Below are positions 25,094-33,975 of a stretch of 38,409 nt of DNA, piece by piece; positions within the stretch are counted from its first letter, which is position 1; each line of letters begins with the position of its first letter. The position numbers and the translations under genes are program-made. The notes below the pieces were generated by a model, which was not told the DNA's origin, did not search any database, and saw nothing but the letters and a program-made list of their open reading frames with translations. Source of the DNA: a virus; UHGV virus genome UHGV-1369436. The stretch is one strand, 5' to 3'.

Positions 25094-27135
25094 TGTTCGG
25101 TGGAGTATTAAATAAATTGTTCTCTAAGGGGGCAGCAAAGTACGGCGACGACATTGTCGCCCGGCTTGCTAGTAACTACGGTGACGACATTGCTCGTTCA
25201 GCTGGTAGCGGCGTGCTCAATAATCTTATGCGGAATGAAGCAGATGACATTGCAGCTAAGGCTGTAGCTAGTGCCGCTCCAGAGGTGGTGGAAGCTGCGG
25301 CACCTAAGGTGGCTAACGTAGCTGATGATGTAGTTGAGGCGGCTGTACCGAAGGTTTCTGTTGATGATGTTCTAGAGGCTGCTGCGGCACCTAAGAATGA
25401 CATTGTACGCCAGCTCACAGATGGTGTGGACAAAGTCGCTCCTATAAACCCAAATATTGCAGATAACTATGCTGTGGAAGGGGCTACGAACAAAGCGCTG
25501 GCAGACAACAACACTCTAGCATCTAAGCTGAATAAGATCGGTGAGGCTGTAGAAGATTCTGGTAGCAACCTACGCAATAATCAGATCATTGGTGCTGTGA
25601 AAGACAAGAAGGTATTGCAGCGCGCCCCAGACGCCATTAAGTATGCAGACAAGTACGGCTTTACTGACGGGCAGTATGAAGATTTGGCGAATATCATGAC
25701 CGGCAACGAGGGTATCTTGTCGAACTTTAACAACAACGCCCTTAAAAACGCTCAGGTTAGCGCCTTAGTCCCAGATGAAGCCCGTACGAAGGCTCTGAAG
25801 GCTATCGAGAATAGTATTGCTCTTGAGCCTCATCAGAAGAAGACACTCACAAATATCATCAACACCGCTAATGATGTGCCACAGGGGAAGATAGCAGAGC
25901 GCCTAGCAGAGCGTGGAGAGAATCGTGCAGCAGCTATTGGTGAAGCCGATATTTACGACCTACATAAGGCTGTTCAGGAGCTTGAGGGTAAGGCGTACGA
26001 CATGACAGGCAAGGGCGCAGATGCTGCTCGGAAGATTGTACGTGATTATGCTGGCGACCTGAAGAAGAGCATCAACGCCGCCTCGAAGGACGTATACAAC
26101 AACCCAGACAATATCCAGGAGCTTTCAGAGGCGCTCGTAGGAGCTAACCTTTCGCCCCGTCTCACGCAGGATATTGTGAAACAACTACGAGATGGTGTAG
26201 ATTACACAACACTCCGTAGTATGCAATCACCGTTTGTCACATTGGGCCAGATCGCTAAACAGCAGAAAATGGCACCGCTCGCTGGTGGTGTAGGCGGCCA
26301 ATCGTTCAACAACCCACTCGCGCAGGTGGCAGAGGAAGTTGTAGGTAAGCCTCTAGCAGCAGCTACAGGGAAAGCTCTCCAGACGGGTGGCCGTGCGCTA
26401 CAGCTTGCATCTAAGAACAGCGACAAGATAGCTAACGGCACTAAAAACGCAGCATTGGCTGGAGCGGGGCTTCTCGCATTAGGTCAAATGAATGGTGGCC
26501 AACAGCAGGGCACTGATCAACTATCCGGAAATTCCGGACAAATCGGCGGGGCGCAGGGTGCTCAGGCTCAACAGAAAGAATTACAGCAAGCTCAACAACT
26601 CCAAGCTATGCAACAGTTGATGCAACCATCGAAGTTCGCCGGTAAAGACCGTGACCAGATTGAGCAAGCCTACATGGCAGCAGCCGCAGACAACAACCCG
26701 AAAGCCGTACAATTCTACGCCTCAATGCTCGAGCAGCTCGACAAAAAAGACGCGATGAACCAGAAACAGCTCGCAGCGTTGCAGAAGGCAAGTAGCAGTA
26801 AAACGTCGAAAGATGACCAAAAGAAGGCTGACGCAGCAAAGAAGGCAGCTAGTATTGAGACTATGTATAAGCAAGCTGGCGGTGCACAAGGCCCTGTAGG
26901 GGTGCTAAACAACCTCTTGAACAGCGCTACACTCGGTATGTTCAACCCTGGTGCATCGGCATACGAGGCTAACCAGCAAGCTCTAGCAGTCGCCCTAGCC
27001 CGCGCAGCAGGTGACAGTGGCGCTCTGTCTAACCAGGATATTCAAGGCTATAAGTCTATGTTGCCGCTCACTACAGATAGCCCACAGGCCGCAAAGCTGA
27101 AATTGCAGAACATTTACGCGCAATTAGGCCAATAA
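25093..27135 (+). CDS. Large Ala/Gln-rich helical protein (680 aa). Tape-measure-like or internal/ejection protein.
   Basis: N-terminal short tandem repeats (DDVVEAAxPKV). Q-rich segment QQKELQQAQQLQAMQQLMQ. Predicted largely alpha-helical. Confidence 0.5.
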   Translation: MFGGVLNKLFSKGAAKYGDDIVARLASNYGDDIARSAGSGVLNNLMRNEADDIAAKAVASAAPEVVEAAAPKVANVADDVVEAAVPKVSVDDVLEAAAAPKNDIVRQLTDGVDKVAPINPNIADNYAVEGATNKALADNNTLASKLNKIGEAVEDSGSNLRNNQIIGAVKDKKVLQRAPDAIKYADKYGFTDGQYEDLANIMTGNEGILSNFNNNALKNAQVSALVPDEARTKALKAIENSIALEPHQKKTLTNIINTANDVPQGKIAERLAERGENRAAAIGEADIYDLHKAVQELEGKAYDMTGKGADAARKIVRDYAGDLKKSINAASKDVYNNPDNIQELSEALVGANLSPRLTQDIVKQLRDGVDYTTLRSMQSPFVTLGQIAKQQKMAPLAGGVGGQSFNNPLAQVAEEVVGKPLAAATGKALQTGGRALQLASKNSDKIANGTKNAALAGAGLLALGQMNGGQQQGTDQLSGNSGQIGGAQGAQAQQKELQQAQQLQAMQQLMQPSKFAGKDRDQIEQAYMAAAADNNPKAVQFYASMLEQLDKKDAMNQKQLAALQKASSSKTSKDDQKKADAAKKAASIETMYKQAGGAQGPVGVLNNLLNSATLGMFNPGASAYEANQQALAVALARAAGDSGALSNQDIQGYKSMLPLTTDSPQAAKLKLQNIYAQLGQ

Positions 27136-27202
27136 TAGCCACGGTTATCGACCAATAGTGTCGTAAAATCAGATTAGTAACAACTATAAGGAGATGGAAG
27201 CA

Positions 27203-28282
27203 ATGAAGTTTTCAGAAACAGTGCAAAACATCACAAAGGACGAGTTTCTACCTCGCGTTGTTGACTTTGTTAACAACTCGAACGTTTTGACCGCTCGCGT
27301 GATGAGCAACACCAAGAAGTGGACTGGGCCAAAGGTTCAAAGTCCTACACAAACCAAGAACAGCACGACTGGTAAGTCGATCACCGACATGGAGCAGTTT
27401 GCTGTTTCTAACACCGACAACGTTAAGAACCTGAAGTGGGAACCAGCCACGGTTGTCCAGAGCGTTGTTGTGAGCCAGCTTGAGAAGGCTGTCAACCAAG
27501 CATCGAACGACAACCAGGTTGTCCGCTTGGTTGCTCAAAAGCTCGAGGAAGCTCAAAACAGCCTCGCAAACCTCATCGGTACTCAGCTTTACGGTACTGG
27601 TGCTGGCAACGACCTTGATGGTCTGGGCTTGATCGTTGACAACGGTACGGCATCTACCACTTACGCTGGTATCACCCGTGCTACGATGCCTTCGGTCAAC
27701 GCTGACGTTACAGCTGCTGCTAACGGCCTCTTGACTCTCGGCCTTATGGCTAAAGAGTTTGACGCTGTCTCAGCTGCTGGTAGCGCAAAGCACAGCCCAA
27801 CGATGATCCTCAGCGACAAGGCAACTTGGAGCCTATACGAGGAGCTGATGGGTGACAAGCTCAGCGTCCAATACAACGCTATGACTGCTCGTGGTTACAA
27901 CCGTGTTAGCGGTGGTACTCCAATGGGTACTTCTGTGCCTGCTAGCGAGTTGCACGGCTCGGCTGGGTTCGTATCGCTCGACTTTCGTGGCAAGCCATGT
28001 GTGGCAGACGACAAGGCTCCTATGGGCAAGATGTTCTTCCTCAACGAGAACTACCTGGAGTTTCGTGACCTGACCATTCCTGGCCTTGAGCGTGTGAAGC
28101 AGAAGCAGGAGGCTATCGACAGCGCTATCAGCGAGGATCAGCCTACCTGGATGCAGTTCCGCGGTTTCATGAACCCAACGAACCAGCTCGCAGAGATTGG
28201 TGCAATGGTTGTATCGGGTAACTTTATCTGTACTCAACCTCGCCGCCAGGGTGTTATCACAGGCATCACCAAGATTCGGTAG
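27203..28282 (+). CDS. Major capsid protein (HK97-like fold).
   Basis: Blocks LIGTQLYGTGAGNDLDGLGLIVDNG, SPTMILSDKATWSLYEEL and GKMFFLNENYLEF resemble the Phage_capsid family. Strong bias for GTT/GGT/GCT/CGT/AAC codons unlike neighbouring genes. Strong terminator downstream. Start at 27203 with AAGGAG spaced 9 nt. Confidence 0.6.
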   Translation: MKFSETVQNITKDEFLPRVVDFVNNSNVLTARVMSNTKKWTGPKVQSPTQTKNSTTGKSITDMEQFAVSNTDNVKNLKWEPATVVQSVVVSQLEKAVNQASNDNQVVRLVAQKLEEAQNSLANLIGTQLYGTGAGNDLDGLGLIVDNGTASTTYAGITRATMPSVNADVTAAANGLLTLGLMAKEFDAVSAAGSAKHSPTMILSDKATWSLYEELMGDKLSVQYNAMTARGYNRVSGGTPMGTSVPASELHGSAGFVSLDFRGKPCVADDKAPMGKMFFLNENYLEFRDLTIPGLERVKQKQEAIDSAISEDQPTWMQFRGFMNPTNQLAEIGAMVVSGNFICTQPRRQGVITGITKIR

Positions 28283-28306
28283 TCTAGCCTCTAGATTATC
28301 CAAGAA

Positions 28307-28330
28307 CCCCACTCCGGTGGGGTTTTATTG
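28307..28330 (+). terminator. Rho-independent terminator CCCCAC-TCCG-GTGGGG followed by TTTTATTGTT.
   Basis: Read directly downstream of the major capsid gene. Confidence 0.7.
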
Positions 28331-28354
28331 TTGTAAATAAAACTCAGAAAAGTG

Positions 28355-28383
28355 TTGACTCTATTCTTTAGATGGTGTACTAT
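28355..28383 (+). promoter_or_regulatory. Promoter TTGACT-N17-TACTAT plus conserved leader AGAGACATAGCAAACATAAGCAAGAGAGGAGATAA.
   Basis: 17-nt spacing. Member of the conserved promoter/leader family. Confidence 0.55.
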
Positions 28384-28425
28384 AGAGACATAGCAAACAT
28401 AAGCAAGAGAGGAGATAATACTTGC

Positions 28426-28689
28426 ATGGCTAAAGAAAGTAAAACTAATAAGAAAAGCCAAGACGTAATCTTTGGGGCAAACGAAGAGATTCGCCGCGCC
28501 GTAGATAAGCTCTATGTAAAAAAGACAAGCGCTATCATGACGGCAGCGATCTTTGCAGTAATGCTCTCGCTGATCGCAGCAGGTGTAGCTTTCGCGGCAG
28601 GCCTCAACACAGGCCGTACACAGGTTGAGAAGTACAACACTATCAAGGTTGTGACGAGCGAAACCGCGGGAAAAGAAAAAGCCCAGTAG
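28426..28689 (+). CDS. Small membrane protein (87 aa, one TM segment).
   Basis: Track ORF 28372..28689. Start reassigned to ATG 28426 behind the promoter, with a GAGAGGAG SD. TM segment IMTAAIFAVMLSLIAAGVAFAAGL. Confidence 0.55.
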   Translation: MAKESKTNKKSQDVIFGANEEIRRAVDKLYVKKTSAIMTAAIFAVMLSLIAAGVAFAAGLNTGRTQVEKYNTIKVVTSETAGKEKAQ

Positions 28690-28730
28690 CGAAACCAGTT
28701 GTTAAAGTAGAGCAACCTCCAGTAGCTATA

Positions 28731-29063
28731 GTGGCGCAACCAATAAAGACAGGATGCGACGCTGTGCGTGAGGAGGCCTCGAAATACAGCGGGTGGGACG
28801 TAAACACCATGGTCGCTATCGCTACCGCCGAGAGCCATTGTAGGACAGGCGCAAAAGGCGACCAAACACTAACATTTACACAAAACAATAGGGTATACGG
28901 GTATAGTCTAGGAGCTTTTCAGGTAAGGATACTCCCAGGACGAGAACACTGCGACACGTTCGACGTAGGGACTAACGTAAAATGCGCGTACGATGTGTGG
29001 AGGTCACAGGGGTACAAAGCATGGTCTGTCTACTTGAGCGGTAAATATAAAGAGCACCTGTAG
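28731..29063 (+). CDS. Transglycosylase-like (Rpf/lysozyme-like) domain protein (GTG start). Possible second peptidoglycan hydrolase.
   Basis: SGWDVNTMVAIATAESHC…GYSLGAFQV…AYDVWRSQGYKAWSVY resembles the transglycosylase-like/Rpf domain pattern (W…CES…G..Q…W…GW). Confidence 0.45.
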   Translation: MAQPIKTGCDAVREEASKYSGWDVNTMVAIATAESHCRTGAKGDQTLTFTQNNRVYGYSLGAFQVRILPGREHCDTFDVGTNVKCAYDVWRSQGYKAWSVYLSGKYKEHL

Positions 29064-29096
29064 TGGGTGCTCTTATCTTTGGGTTTATATTTTTTA
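29050..29096. terminator. Bidirectional terminator at the convergence point of the two arms. AAGAGCACC-TGTAGTG-GGTGCTCTT followed by a T-rich tract.
   Basis: 9-bp stem. TATATTTTTTATATT lies 3' of it. Confidence 0.6.
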
Positions 29097-29315
29097 TATT
29101 AGGCCGCGCTTCTTAGCTTCTTCTGGGTAGTACTCGATAAAGTCATCGTTTACTGTCCCATCTGGGTTATGCGACTGGATTAGGTCGGCCGCAAACTCCT
29201 CACGCTGTCTGTCTTTACTGTTTGTGTCTGCTATGCCCGTGACAGTGCTTGAGACGCGCTGTGATGCGTCTTTTGGTGTTTCACGGTAATATATACCATC
29301 TATGATTACACCCAT
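29094..29315 (-). CDS. Hypothetical protein (73 aa).
   Basis: ORF track entry. Last gene of the - arm. Confidence 0.5.
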   Translation of the reverse strand: MGVIIDGIYYRETPKDASQRVSSTVTGIADTNSKDRQREEFAADLIQSHNPDGTVNDDFIEYYPEEAKKRGLI

Positions 29316-29594
29316 CTATTTCACGTCCTTCATAAAGTCTAACGGGTCTTTTTCTGTTTGCCCTGTCTCATCGCGCCATTGAGCATTGATAGTCACAGGA
29401 TCGGCGGCTTCAATGATGCCGCTATGTTTTTTGTCTTTGTTTTTATTTATGTATTGTTCCTCCGCGCCCGCGTATTTCTCCAGCCAGGAGAGGCCTGCCC
29501 GTCGTACCGTAGTAGGTACAACCGGGTCATGGCGGTTATTTAGCAAAGCGACTAGGAGGGCACAAATTGAGATGACAAGAGCTACAATATCCAT
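29316..29594 (-). CDS. Hypothetical protein with an N-terminal transmembrane helix (92 aa).
   Basis: MDIVALVISICALLVALL…. Confidence 0.5.
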   Translation of the reverse strand: MDIVALVISICALLVALLNNRHDPVVPTTVRRAGLSWLEKYAGAEEQYINKNKDKKHSGIIEAADPVTINAQWRDETGQTEKDPLDFMKDVK

Positions 29595-31072
29595 TATTCT
29601 TGATCCTTCTCAAATGGCAGAGCCACGTTAATCGATAGGAGCTGCGCAGCGACGCTGTGGCTATTTATGATTGCCTCCTCGATAGATTTAGCGCTATCTA
29701 CAATACCAGCCTCTAGAACGTCTGTGTGGTACGTCTCAGAATAAATATCGTAACCGGCCTTTGGTGTGTACGGCTTGTCCTCAGTCGTCTCCTTAGCCAT
29801 ACTACCTACAAGCATTGTGTATGGCTGTGTGAGGTAACTAGGCATATTAGTGGTGTCGCCTTCGTATACGTCGCGTAGGAACGTACCACCACCAGGGAGC
29901 ACTCCATAGTCTTTTGCAATCTGGGTAGCTGCTACAGCGTCCTCAATACGGAGCTTTAGCTCTTGCCGCTCAACCTGTGTAGCTGCACCAACGCTAATCT
30001 CAACAGTCTTACCATTCAAGGCATCACGCCGGTAATCGTCCTTGATACCTTCGATGTATTGATCCAGCTTCTCGCGGTTACCTGGGCCAGATAGGATTGT
30101 CTTTGTAGTGGTGATATGAGCGCGCTCAACCTTACCGATATTGGCATCTGTAAAGTCTGATACGCGTGGTGATACGAACACCTCAGCGCCAGCATAGGCT
30201 GCTACGTCACGAAGGAATAGCTCGCGTGCTTGACTCGATGGCTCTACTACGACAATGTTCAGTTTGCCGTTCATCTTATTGGTAGCGAGAGTCTCCAGGG
30301 CTTGGCCTGATACGTCTGCTACGAGTACGATGCTCTCTGCACCCGCCTTGAGAACTGCGTCGATAATAGGTACAATGTCATCGTTCTTGCTGATGATGCG
30401 AGACATGACAATAACGGTTGGGTTGTCGTATTTAGTCTGGATAGATTGCATATCGTCTGCGAAGGCAATGGACGACATACCTTTTTTAAATGTGAACCCT
30501 TGGACGATTTTACTCTCGATCTTATTCTCTGGTGTTTCTACCACTGTTACTGCGCCATTAGCACCAGCATCGTTAATAGCATCAAACACTAGATGGCCGA
30601 TAGCCTCATCACCTGATGACGTGTGTGCGACGCTATAGAGTAGCTCGTCTGTGGCTTTGATCTTAGTGTCTTTGATAGCCTTGATGATAGCCTTCTTATT
30701 TTGCTCAATCTGCTTTTGTACGGCTCGTGGCTTATCCTTCGCCATCTCCTTAAAGTAGTTATAGACGAGGTAGGTCATTACGATAGTAAGAGTTGTAGAG
30801 TCGCCAGCTGAACGGTTCGTTTTCTCGCTGGCCTGGCGTACAAGGGAGATTGCCATATTCTCTACTGGATCTGCTACTACGAGGCGGCCAATATTAGTAA
30901 TACCGTCATGAGATACGAGAGGCTCGCCGTAGCGGTGTTCGATCATGATATTACCAGAGTTTGCGCCATATGAGGAATATGCTACGTCGAAGGCCTTCTC
31001 AACGCCCATACTGATCTTTTTTTGTAGCTCATCACCACGTATTACATTACGTACTGAGGTTTGTTTAGGCAT
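29594..31072 (-). CDS. GroEL-like chaperonin (Cpn60 family, about 492 aa). It lacks the GGM tail.
   Basis: Alignable by eye to GroEL. AGDSTTLTIVM resembles AGDGTTTATVL. VGAATQVERQELKLRIEDAVAATQIAKDYGVLPGGG resembles [36 protein letters not shown]. C-terminal GIVDSAKSIEEAIINSHSVAAQLL resembles [23 protein letters not shown]. Start at ATG 31072, which has a GGAGGT SD. Confidence 0.7.
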   Translation of the reverse strand: MPKQTSVRNVIRGDELQKKISMGVEKAFDVAYSSYGANSGNIMIEHRYGEPLVSHDGITNIGRLVVADPVENMAISLVRQASEKTNRSAGDSTTLTIVMTYLVYNYFKEMAKDKPRAVQKQIEQNKKAIIKAIKDTKIKATDELLYSVAHTSSGDEAIGHLVFDAINDAGANGAVTVVETPENKIESKIVQGFTFKKGMSSIAFADDMQSIQTKYDNPTVIVMSRIISKNDDIVPIIDAVLKAGAESIVLVADVSGQALETLATNKMNGKLNIVVVEPSSQARELFLRDVAAYAGAEVFVSPRVSDFTDANIGKVERAHITTTKTILSGPGNREKLDQYIEGIKDDYRRDALNGKTVEISVGAATQVERQELKLRIEDAVAATQIAKDYGVLPGGGTFLRDVYEGDTTNMPSYLTQPYTMLVGSMAKETTEDKPYTPKAGYDIYSETYHTDVLEAGIVDSAKSIEEAIINSHSVAAQLLSINVALPFEKDQE

Positions 31073-31361
31073 CCAGTAAACCTCCATTTACAGCGTCTAC
31101 AGGGACAAAGATAAACATTTTACTGTCTACTTCAATCTCCTCACTGTCGTTATACTTCGTAAAATATATTTTGTTGCCAAGGAATTTCGAGAGTGTGTCC
31201 TCCTTGTCTGTAGACACACCAGAAGGGTGAATATATACAGCCTTTAGTGTGCCGCTCGTATGACTGCCGTGATCCCCTTGTGAGATAGACAGACTCGAGC
31301 CATATTTGTTAGTTACCTCTACCAGGCAAAACCCTGGCATGACGTGTAACTGTGTGCTCAT
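31065..31361 (-). CDS. GroES-like co-chaperonin (Cpn10 family, 98 aa).
   Basis: Mobile-loop-like SSLSISQGDHGSHTSGTLKAV resembles [22 protein letters not shown]. The C-terminal block …GNKIYFTKYNDSEEIEVDSKMFIFVPVDAV resembles …[35 protein letters not shown]. Lies directly upstream of and overlapping the GroEL-like gene. Confidence 0.6.
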   Translation of the reverse strand: MSTQLHVMPGFCLVEVTNKYGSSLSISQGDHGSHTSGTLKAVYIHPSGVSTDKEDTLSKFLGNKIYFTKYNDSEEIEVDSKMFIFVPVDAVNGGLLDA

Positions 31362-31413
31362 TGTTGTGCTCCTATTTAGTTATTGCTTGTGTATCCATTA
31401 TAGCATTAGGCTA

Positions 31414-31446
31414 GAAACCAAAAAAGAGGCCGAAGCCTCTCTCTTG
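31414..31446 (-). terminator. Rho-independent terminator (- strand): AGAGGC-TTCG-GCCTCT followed by TTTTTT.
   Basis: Read on the reverse complement. An A-run on the + strand makes it partly bidirectional. Confidence 0.65.
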
Positions 31447-31462
31447 GTTTGGTGTAGTTATA

Positions 31463-31945
31463 CTATACTTCGCACCAGAAATAGTGGCCGGCTGGCACAG
31501 CACTACGGGTGTAAACCTTAGCGCCCGCTGTAACCTTCTTGAGGTTATCATAGTCATTGGGGCGAACCTGGCAGCCAGTGTTGGCTGCTACGTCCTCGAG
31601 GATTTGGTCGCGGAGGTAGACGTAGTCACCCGAAACCTGAATAAACTCAAGGAGTTGCTTGTTGTTGATAAGGATGGTGCCATCTTGCCAACCATCAGCT
31701 TGGTGACCAGGCTTCAACTGGATAACAGTGTCTCCAGTTTTAGCATCAGCTGCCAACCCGCCGTTTTTGTTTGTGGCGTCGTTTTTCATCCCAGTCCAAT
31801 ATGGCTGAGCGTCGGTGTCTGCCGACTTACAATAACGGAACTGCCGCCCCGTATCTGTAAATGCAATTTGGCCGATCACGCCACGCTTATCTGGAGTCGT
31901 GGTAAATTGTGATTCTGGCACTGCTACGCCGTAGTTTACTAGCAT
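31463..31945 (-). CDS. Hypothetical protein (160 aa). Apparently a monocistronic unit between two terminators.
   Basis: Own TATAAT and SD AGGAGA upstream (31946-31990). Terminators on both sides. Confidence 0.6.
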   Translation of the reverse strand: MLVNYGVAVPESQFTTTPDKRGVIGQIAFTDTGRQFRYCKSADTDAQPYWTGMKNDATNKNGGLAADAKTGDTVIQLKPGHQADGWQDGTILINNKQLLEFIQVSGDYVYLRDQILEDVAANTGCQVRPNDYDNLKKVTAGAKVYTRSAVPAGHYFWCEV

Positions 31946-31993
31946 AATTGTCTCCTATTATTAAAGATTATACTAGCTTAATACTAACATATA

Positions 31994-32021
31994 AGGAGGG
32001 CTTTTCGCCCCCCTATTTTTT
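31994..32021. terminator. GC hairpin GGAGGGC-TTTT-CGCCCCCC followed by TATTTTTT.
   Basis: Read directly. Separates the VRR-NUC operon from the downstream monocistronic unit. Confidence 0.4.
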
Positions 32022-32032
32022 CTAGTGTTGTT

Positions 32033-32485
32033 CTAGAAAATTTGATCGTTTGGTGTTTGTTTTCGTCTTTCCTTATAGTCTGTCATAGCCATGTATTTAT
32101 CTATTTGGTCTTTTGCATCGTCGAACCCCACCGCAAATGTGCATCGATAACCTCGCTCGCTCAGACGCTTCATGTAGGCGTGTTGCTCTGCAAAGTGTTC
32201 GTTCGCCCAGCTGCCATCTTTTTTCATGAGGCGTACCCCATCACGCTTCAGCTCGAGGTACAGCCCATGATACCACTCACCCGCTAGTTGTGCTGGTTCA
32301 GCGATAAATAGGTCTGGGTATCCTCTACCTTCCTGTAGTGCCTTATGTTTGATAGCCTGCCCCATTGTCATCTTAACGCCAGCGCTAAAGTCTGTGCGGA
32401 ATATGACTCCTGGATACTGTAGCTTTAAATAGTCCACCACCATCTGGTGGATGGTGGACTCTTTTGCGGTTCTAACTCTCGCCAC
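32033..32485 (-). CDS. VRR-NUC domain nuclease (PD-(D/E)XK superfamily). GTG start.
   Basis: VVDYLKLQYPGVIFRTDFSAGVKMTMGQAIKHKALQEGRGYPDLFI…GLYLELK matches the VRR-NUC pattern (E…G.PD..…LE.K). Confidence 0.55.
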   Translation of the reverse strand: MARVRTAKESTIHQMVVDYLKLQYPGVIFRTDFSAGVKMTMGQAIKHKALQEGRGYPDLFIAEPAQLAGEWYHGLYLELKRDGVRLMKKDGSWANEHFAEQHAYMKRLSERGYRCTFAVGFDDAKDQIDKYMAMTDYKERRKQTPNDQIF

Positions 32486-32894
32486 GGTACATACCCTCTA
32501 CGATCATGACCTTGAGCGTCTCTAGGACAGCCACATCTTTCGTAGCCATCACCCGGCCAGATAGGTCATCTCGTGGCACAGCCTTCTTGATACGTCCGTT
32601 GTAGCGTGGGATAATCGAGAGAATTGAGCCGTTCATTGTAACCTCGTAGCGACTTTTCTCCTCTTTTACCTTGAACTTCTCATTTTTAAGGAGCACCCGT
32701 TGGATATTGTCCGCAGCCGCAAATGATAGTTCTGCGTACGGTGTAGCGCGTCCGCCCTTTTTGCCGGCGATAGATGCTAGTTGCGGGTTCTTGCCAAATC
32801 CCTTCTTTACCTTAGCAGACCCGCCTAGCTTGCCAATTTTTTTGTAGTAGTCATCACCATGCGTTAGGCGTTTGTCATATTTGCTTTGTTTCAT
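32472..32894 (-). CDS. Protein with an N-terminal KGG-type repeat region (GKLGGSAKVKKGFGKNP…AGKKGGRA). Function unknown.
   Basis: KGG/GG-K repeats resemble the KGG stress-protein repeat. C-terminal domain of unknown function. Confidence 0.4.
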   Translation of the reverse strand: MKQSKYDKRLTHGDDYYKKIGKLGGSAKVKKGFGKNPQLASIAGKKGGRATPYAELSFAAADNIQRVLLKNEKFKVKEEKSRYEVTMNGSILSIIPRYNGRIKKAVPRDDLSGRVMATKDVAVLETLKVMIVEGMYRGES

Positions 32895-33063
32895 TAAACT
32901 TCTCCAATTCTTCCTTTTGTATTCTTGCGCTCTCTTTACGTATAAACGCTATCGCTGATTTGAACCCTTGCTTTAGATTTATCTTTAATGCCTCGTCTAT
33001 CATAGCGTTGAGCCGATAGTCAATACGGTCATCAACACCGTCTACATCGTTGGGTGTCATCAC
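32875..33063 (-). CDS. Hypothetical protein (62 aa).
   Basis: ORF track entry. Overlapping in-operon gene. Confidence 0.4.
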   Translation of the reverse strand: MMTPNDVDGVDDRIDYRLNAMIDEALKINLKQGFKSAIAFIRKESARIQKEELEKFNETKQI

Positions 33064-33503
33064 ATTTTTACCTGTTTGGTAATCGCGCTACGCACACCGC
33101 GTGTGTATTGCTTAGCTTGCACAGTATCAAGCCGCCGGTTGATGGCGTCAACGATAACTTCGCGGTCGCTAATCTCTGCGAGCATCTGATACTTGTAGGT
33201 TTGTAGCTCACTCTCTGGTAGGCCGTCTACCACCTCTTGTATTTCAAACAGTGCGGGCTGGACAGCCTCAGCTTCTGGCGTCTCCCAGTCGTGTGGCTCT
33301 ACAGTGTTACCATTGAATACATCACGTGGCAATGCCAACTGGTCAACCATCATGTCGTTGCCTTGCCCGATATGTTTCTTATATTCGCTCATACTCTCCT
33401 CCGTTTGGTGTTTACAATGTCCGCGCAAGTGATCGCTTAGTGTGTCGAACTGTGCCCACTTGTCGTTAGTCTCTTGGTTTAATTTTGGTGTGTTGTAGTT
33501 CAT
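33060..33503 (-). CDS. Hypothetical protein (147 aa).
   Basis: ORF track entry. Start and stop overlap the neighbouring genes. Confidence 0.55.
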   Translation of the reverse strand: MNYNTPKLNQETNDKWAQFDTLSDHLRGHCKHQTEESMSEYKKHIGQGNDMMVDQLALPRDVFNGNTVEPHDWETPEAEAVQPALFEIQEVVDGLPESELQTYKYQMLAEISDREVIVDAINRRLDTVQAKQYTRGVRSAITKQVKM

Positions 33504-33784
33504 TTGTTCTCCTTTCTTTTATAATAATCTACTATTCTAGTACCGTTCATTATCTCTCGACGATCAGGTGGTGTGTCGTTATATAGCTTTACCAACTCTA
33601 GCACAGTGTCTTTGACTAAATCGATCATAAACGCGCCGTTATACACTTTGTACCCTCCGTTCGCTTCATTGATGATGATAGTGCCATCGTGTATATTAGA
33701 GAATATATATGTCTCTCCTGGCCTTAAAATGTCTATTCTATAATTGAGCATTTCAACGGCTTCTTTTAGTTCTCTTTGTTTCAT
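33500..33784 (-). CDS. Hypothetical protein (94 aa).
   Basis: ORF track entry. Confidence 0.5.
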   Translation of the reverse strand: MKQRELKEAVEMLNYRIDILRPGETYIFSNIHDGTIIINEANGGYKVYNGAFMIDLVKDTVLELVKLYNDTPPDRREIMNGTRIVDYYKRKENK

Positions 33785-33975
33785 GACAGCCTCCCTACTT
33801 CATCTACAATTTTTTCTTTTAACATCTCGATCGCTGTGTATACTAGAGTCACGCCACTCTCATCAATCTCGGTAATAGCCGCACGCTTCTCTAGTTCATC
33901 TAGGTCAATCTTGGTGTTTTCAACTATCTCTTGTACTTTGTATTTAGTCAGTAGCATTTTTAACTTCCTTTGCAA
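33781..33975 (-). CDS. Hypothetical protein (64 aa).
   Basis: ORF track entry. Confidence 0.45.
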   Translation of the reverse strand: MQRKLKMLLTKYKVQEIVENTKIDLDELEKRAAITEIDESGVTLVYTAIEMLKEKIVDEVGRLS

